The notes under the pieces: generated by a model
The model's input: only the letters and a program-made list of their open reading frames with translations
What the model was told of the DNA's origin: nothing
Database searches by the model: none
Shown here: piece by piece, positions 59,564-64,000 of the stretch
How the letters are laid out: each line of letters opens with the position of its first letter
Numbering within the stretch: the first letter of the stretch is position 1
Program-made: the position numbers and the translations under genes
Origin: a virus
Length of the DNA: 64,000 nucleotides
Reading direction: 5' to 3' (one strand)
Virus record (IMG/VR): IMGVR_UViG_3300027917_000021
Coordinates: 1-64,000 of that record

Positions 59564-60322
59564 ATGGTGTTGAGTGTAGTCATACCTTTTTACAAGAAGT
59601 TAGACGAACTTAAGTTTTCGTTCGAAACATACAATCTCCAACAATTCAAAAAACATAATGCACAACTAGTCATAGTTGTAGATGATCCGGAACAATCCGA
59701 AGAACTAAAAAAATATTTATATTACGTTTCTAAAGAGCAAAATTTAAAAATTAAAATGCTGCTCAATCCAAACTCTCACGAGTGGAGAAATCCAGCCAAA
59801 CCATTAAACGTTGGTATTAAAAATGCGGATGGAAAAAAGATCCTTGTGATGTCTCCGGAATCTTGTTTTGCATCGTCAGATGCAATAAGCAAACTAGTCT
59901 CAAATTGCGACCACTATAAATTTTCGCATGGTGACATTAAGTTTTGTACATATAAAGAAAGAAAGGAAATATTAGCAAAAGGGCTTCCACTTTATGAGAA
60001 TATAAATAGCCAAATTATTCCTTATGGATCAATTTGCTTTTTAAAAGAACATGCATGGACTTTGGGTGCCTATGATGAATCCAGAGGCAGTTGGGGTGGA
60101 GAAGATGATAATTTTAGAAACCGCCTAATGAAAGCCGGCATACAAAAAGTATATGTTGAAGCACACCTAATTCATTTTCAGGAACTTCCAAGATCAGAAA
60201 CAGCTAAAAAAATAGATCAGGAATTTCCATCTGATTACTACGAATGGCGTAATAATCCATCAATTATAGCCAATACAGGTGGCTGGGGAAACGATTTTAA
60301 TACCATAGCATTGCTAACATGA
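59564..60322 (+). CDS. GT2/GT7-like glycosyltransferase
   Basis: SVVIPFY, VDDP, YDE...WGGEDD. Confidence 0.85.
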   Translation: MVLSVVIPFYKKLDELKFSFETYNLQQFKKHNAQLVIVVDDPEQSEELKKYLYYVSKEQNLKIKMLLNPNSHEWRNPAKPLNVGIKNADGKKILVMSPESCFASSDAISKLVSNCDHYKFSHGDIKFCTYKERKEILAKGLPLYENINSQIIPYGSICFLKEHAWTLGAYDESRGSWGGEDDNFRNRLMKAGIQKVYVEAHLIHFQELPRSETAKKIDQEFPSDYYEWRNNPSIIANTGGWGNDFNTIALLT

Positions 60323-61056
60323 ATGAGAAAGATTTCATAGGAGAATTGAATAAATTCACTAATAAAATCGTAACTGGTGAACATTTTTCACTTGTGCGAT
60401 TCTTCGATGGGGAGTGGTATATATTGAGTGATCAGTATATAGACATTACTGAGAAGTGCAATGGTGAATGGAGATATGATCCAACAAATGAAGCAGATGT
60501 AATGCGAAGATCTGCGTTGATAGATTCACTTCGATATAAAGATCCTACATACTATGTAGGCGTCATGACCGATTGTGCATGTCTTCATAAAAAGAAACAT
60601 GGTGGTTTTCAACTTATGAAAGATATGGCCGGCCAAGATGATGATCATCTTACATTTGCAAGTTTATTCATGAATTATAATTATTATGCAATTGTATTAC
60701 CTCGTTTGATTCCAACTTTATACGAAAAAGAAAAAGTTCTTGTGATCAATCAGAAGGCTAACGCCAAGGGAATTCCTCGTACAGAGAAAATTATACGTGT
60801 AGGCACCAATGCCTGGATCCAAGATATAGATTTAGCAAAAGAAATTGCCGAGTATGCTGCTACTGTAAACGGAAAATATTTTCTTATGGCGGCCGGACCG
60901 TTAGCAAATATAATTATTCATAAATGTCACCAGGAAAATAAAAATAATACTTATATTAATATAGGATCAATGCTTGATCCGATGATGTTTGATGAACCAA
61001 CTCGTTGGTATCATCATGACCAACGTCTCAAAAACCATATATGTCAATGGGTTTGA
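60319..61056 (+). CDS. GT-D fold (DUF1792-like) glycosyltransferase
   Basis: FSLVRFxDGE, AAGPLA, INIGSxLD. Confidence 0.75.
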   Translation: MNEKDFIGELNKFTNKIVTGEHFSLVRFFDGEWYILSDQYIDITEKCNGEWRYDPTNEADVMRRSALIDSLRYKDPTYYVGVMTDCACLHKKKHGGFQLMKDMAGQDDDHLTFASLFMNYNYYAIVLPRLIPTLYEKEKVLVINQKANAKGIPRTEKIIRVGTNAWIQDIDLAKEIAEYAATVNGKYFLMAAGPLANIIIHKCHQENKNNTYINIGSMLDPMMFDEPTRWYHHDQRLKNHICQWV

Positions 61057-61754
61057 TTAATATTCCTTCTACTATGCCACAAGATAACTACGAAAAATTT
61101 ATGGATGTTGATAGGCAAATTCCAATATTCGATAAGGCTGATGCTATAAATTTAGGATTGAAATGGTATAAATCTTCTAACAGATGTTTAATTAATCATA
61201 AAGATTTTGACATGGAACATCCTGAATATAGATGGTTATCCGGCGGGTGTATAGTATATTATTTGTTTAAAAGAACACCATGCCCAAGATGTCATGCCCC
61301 AAACAAAATATATAGGACTCATAGAAGTGATCCAGATTATATATGTGAAGATTGTCGAAAGGAATTAAGATGGGCATCACAAGATATTATTGAACAGGCA
61401 AGATCTTATTCGGCGTCTTATGTAAGAAATTATAAAAAACAGATAAATTATACTTGTGAATTTCTTGATATTAAATTAGATACTAGAGTATTAGAAGTTC
61501 ATCATAAATTTTCAGTAAATACACATCCAGAGTTAGCAGCAGAATATGATAATATGATTGGTTTGTATAAGCCAATTCACCAAGATTTTCATAACATATA
61601 TGGAAGAGGAAACAATACACCAGAACAATTAAATGAATACAGAATTAGAAACAAAAAAACACATACAACAAGTAAAAGAAAACCTGCTCAAGGTAATTCA
61701 CGAATTATCTCTACGGGCAGAGAATCACGACAAGAGCAAACTCGAGTCGCCTGA
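61041..61754 (+). CDS. HNH endonuclease (possibly degenerate)
   Basis: CxxC pairs, LEVHH...N.I.L...HxDFHxIYG. Confidence 0.8.
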   Translation: MSMGLINIPSTMPQDNYEKFMDVDRQIPIFDKADAINLGLKWYKSSNRCLINHKDFDMEHPEYRWLSGGCIVYYLFKRTPCPRCHAPNKIYRTHRSDPDYICEDCRKELRWASQDIIEQARSYSASYVRNYKKQINYTCEFLDIKLDTRVLEVHHKFSVNTHPELAAEYDNMIGLYKPIHQDFHNIYGRGNNTPEQLNEYRIRNKKTHTTSKRKPAQGNSRIISTGRESRQEQTRVA

Positions 61755-62082
61755 AAAAGAAATATTTGAGGTGTACATTCCGAAGTTAAAAGGATCCACG
61801 TATGGATCCGAGGAGTATAATCAATTCTTAGAAGAGATGAAACCAGCATTGGATCATCATTATGCTAACAACAGGCATCATCCGGAACATTTCAAGGGAA
61901 AAGGTGGAACAAACGGAATGGACCTGGTGGATTTAATAGAATGTTTTTGTGACTGGGCAGCTGCTACAAAACGTCATGCAAATGGCAGTCTAAAAAAATC
62001 AATTGAATACAACCAAAAAAGATTTGGAATAGGTAATCAACTCACTAAAATTTTTCATAATACCCGGAAATATATGGAGTAG
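61633..62082 (+). CDS. DUF5662/HD-like protein
   Basis: HDxSK, HHYxxNxHHPEH, DWxAA. Confidence 0.8.
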   Translation: MNTELETKKHIQQVKENLLKVIHELSLRAENHDKSKLESPEKEIFEVYIPKLKGSTYGSEEYNQFLEEMKPALDHHYANNRHHPEHFKGKGGTNGMDLVDLIECFCDWAAATKRHANGSLKKSIEYNQKRFGIGNQLTKIFHNTRKYME

Positions 62083-62092
62083 GACATTTGCC

Positions 62093-62822
62093 CTACTCCA
62101 TAGCCCCTTCCTTGAAAAACGTAATTTCTATAGTATTTAAGTATATAGGTGACACGTCACCCAAAACATAAGACCACGGTTTAGGAAACATTCCTCTAAG
62201 ATCTTTAAAACTTGGATTTCTAAAATTTAAAAAATGCTCTGTGAATAGTCTAATTCTTAGAATTTTTTCTTTTTGACACACTGTAATATTGTCTTTCACT
62301 TTCCGGCAATGGCCCCCAATGGTCAAGTGGTGTGGTAATGCCAGTTGGCAATGCTACTACATCTCCGGAAGCGTCTATCAATATAAGATCGCCTTTTACA
62401 CCGCTTCCGGGCACTAGAAAAGCACGCCTGTTTTTGTTTTTCAAACGCCGTGGTATAGAGTTGTGGGTTTCTTTATATCCGTATTCTACAATGAAATGCC
62501 CGAGAACCCAGATATACCCTTTATCTACGAAACCTCTCTCTACTTGACGTTTTTTATAGTGTTGTGTTTTGTATTCCTTCATTGGTTTTAATTTTGACAT
62601 TGGTATCTCCTTTTTGGTTTATAGTCCTCTTAAAAACTTTTTCATTGAAGTGGGAAGGGAATATATAGGAATTCCTGATTCTTCCTTTCCTGTATCCATT
62701 GTATAACCATGTCCCCTGCCAAGAGTTCTAAAAAATTTTAAACATTCATCACTGCCACAACAGTATTGCCACGATTTTTTTGATTTACCACATCTGCATA
62801 TACGAGCAGAATATTTTTTCAT
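62093..62822 (-). other. Three small hypothetical genes
   Basis: ORFs 62093.., 62250..62600, 62619..62822. Confidence 0.6.
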
Positions 62823-62923
62823 TTTTACTCCTTTTTAAAGGCATCAATATTCTTATGCCTCAAAAATTTGCGTTATGTTTATAATTTTTGTATATTTGTT
62901 TTAGTAATTAACCAGGAAAAACT

Positions 62924-63625
62924 ATGATACCTATTTGTATGCCAACGTTGAATCGGGGCCACGATATGTTACAAAAGGCAATTGAAACAGCCTTAAGAGA
63001 TGGTAATGACATGATACCCTCCAAAATTGTTATAATGGATAATGGCAACCAATTTCCAGAAGCGATTGATATTGCAGATTATGAAGATGGAGAAGAACAG
63101 TTAATAAAAATACTGTCTGGTCCGGAAAAAGTTGTTTTGGTATCTGCCGGATTAAACATGGGAGTTGCATCTAGTTGGAATTGGTTTATGCGTAATGTTC
63201 CTATGGAACATGGTTTTATGATTATATCAAACGATGATGTAGAATTTTACAAAGACACACTTCGTCTTTTTTATGAAGAAATGCAAAAACCAGGAGTAGA
63301 TATGGTTATTGGTGAGTCTGGCGAATGGTCAATGTATACTTTAAGTAAAAAATTGTTTGATGAGATTGGTGGATTTGATGAAAATTTTTATCCGGCCTAT
63401 TTCGAAGATAATGACTTTTGTTATCGGATGAGACTTATTAACAAAGAATTTGTTCATGCTAAACATATACCATATGGACATCAAACTTCTTCTACACTGG
63501 CAGCTTTTAATGATCAGCAAACTGAACAACACCATATAAATTTTAGAAAAAACCGTGCCTATTATAATAATAAATGGGGCGGCCTTCCTTATCAAGAACG
63601 ATTCACCACACCCTTCGGAAAATAA
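62924..63625 (+). CDS. GT2 glycosyltransferase
   Basis: MDNG, GVAxSWN, NDDV, GGFDENFYPAYFEDND. Confidence 0.92.
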   Translation: MIPICMPTLNRGHDMLQKAIETALRDGNDMIPSKIVIMDNGNQFPEAIDIADYEDGEEQLIKILSGPEKVVLVSAGLNMGVASSWNWFMRNVPMEHGFMIISNDDVEFYKDTLRLFYEEMQKPGVDMVIGESGEWSMYTLSKKLFDEIGGFDENFYPAYFEDNDFCYRMRLINKEFVHAKHIPYGHQTSSTLAAFNDQQTEQHHINFRKNRAYYNNKWGGLPYQERFTTPFGK

Positions 63626-63745
63626 GGAGACTTGACAGTCTCCTATCCCACCTTTTCTTGCCGCCTTTTCTTTAAATTAACCCTTGACATTTTAATTTTC
63701 AATATCTATATTTTCTTATACTGTATTAATTTTTAAGGATAAAAA

Positions 63746-64000
63746 ATGCCAGCAGAATTTAGACGCATAGAAAAATATTGTTTGGAATGCGGCAAAAAAC
63801 TTTTGTTGAAAAATACGAGAGACATAAAAAGAAAAAAATTTTGTTCTAGAAAATGTTTAGGTACATGGACTGTAAAAAGACAACCAGAAGACCATATGCA
63901 AAAAATGATCATATTGGCAAATACACCTGAATCAAATTTAAAAAAATCTTATAAGGGCTCAAGTCATCCTAGATGGATAAAAGACAGAACAAAACTAAAA
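63746..64000 (+). CDS. Partial ORF, probable homing endonuclease N-terminus
   Basis: MPAEF...CLECGK...FCSRKC...HPRW, open to the window end. Confidence 0.65.
   Translation, partial: MPAEFRRIEKYCLECGKKLLLKNTRDIKRKKFCSRKCLGTWTVKRQPEDHMQKMIILANTPESNLKKSYKGSSHPRWIKDRTKLK

Noticed and set aside
1-64000. Stop-codon reassignment
   Set aside because: Long conserved genes are intact in code 11, all three stops are used, and no suppressor tRNA was seen.
1-64000. CRISPR array
   Set aside because: No series of identical repeats with unique spacers; the repeats at 29383/31493 and 49303/49337 have only two full copies.

Overview
AT-rich window from a large (jumbo-type) bacteriophage genome. It uses the standard genetic code and contains no host housekeeping or rRNA genes. 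1-20.1 kb, minus strand, is an RNA-centred module. It holds 27 intact tRNA genes covering all 20 amino acids (most lack an encoded CCA), an interrupted tRNA-Ile, an orphan tRNA 5' half, a minimal ~215-nt RNase P RNA and a tmRNA with a group I intron in its T-loop. It also holds a circularly permuted tRNA-like (YrlA/Y-type) RNA next to a DUF2828/vWA (Ro-like) gene, RtcB, a vWA + PurA-like pair and several unassigned stem-closed ncRNA candidates. The most striking pattern is tRNA punctuation. Eight small ORFs start exactly 2 nt after a tRNA discriminator base, and eight have a stop codon overlapping or inside the next tRNA. Processing would therefore release leaderless and non-stop mRNAs in a genome that carries its own RNase P RNA and tmRNA. 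20.4-26.8 kb encodes putative virion proteins, Hsp20, a GAF/HD-GYP protein and a nuclease-like ORF. 27-36.6 kb and 49.7-59.5 kb are small accessory genes behind a recurrent GGNATAAGAA motif. 36.7-47.9 kb and 59.6-63.6 kb are glycan biosynthesis and modification genes. All calls come from reading the sequence; no searches were run.
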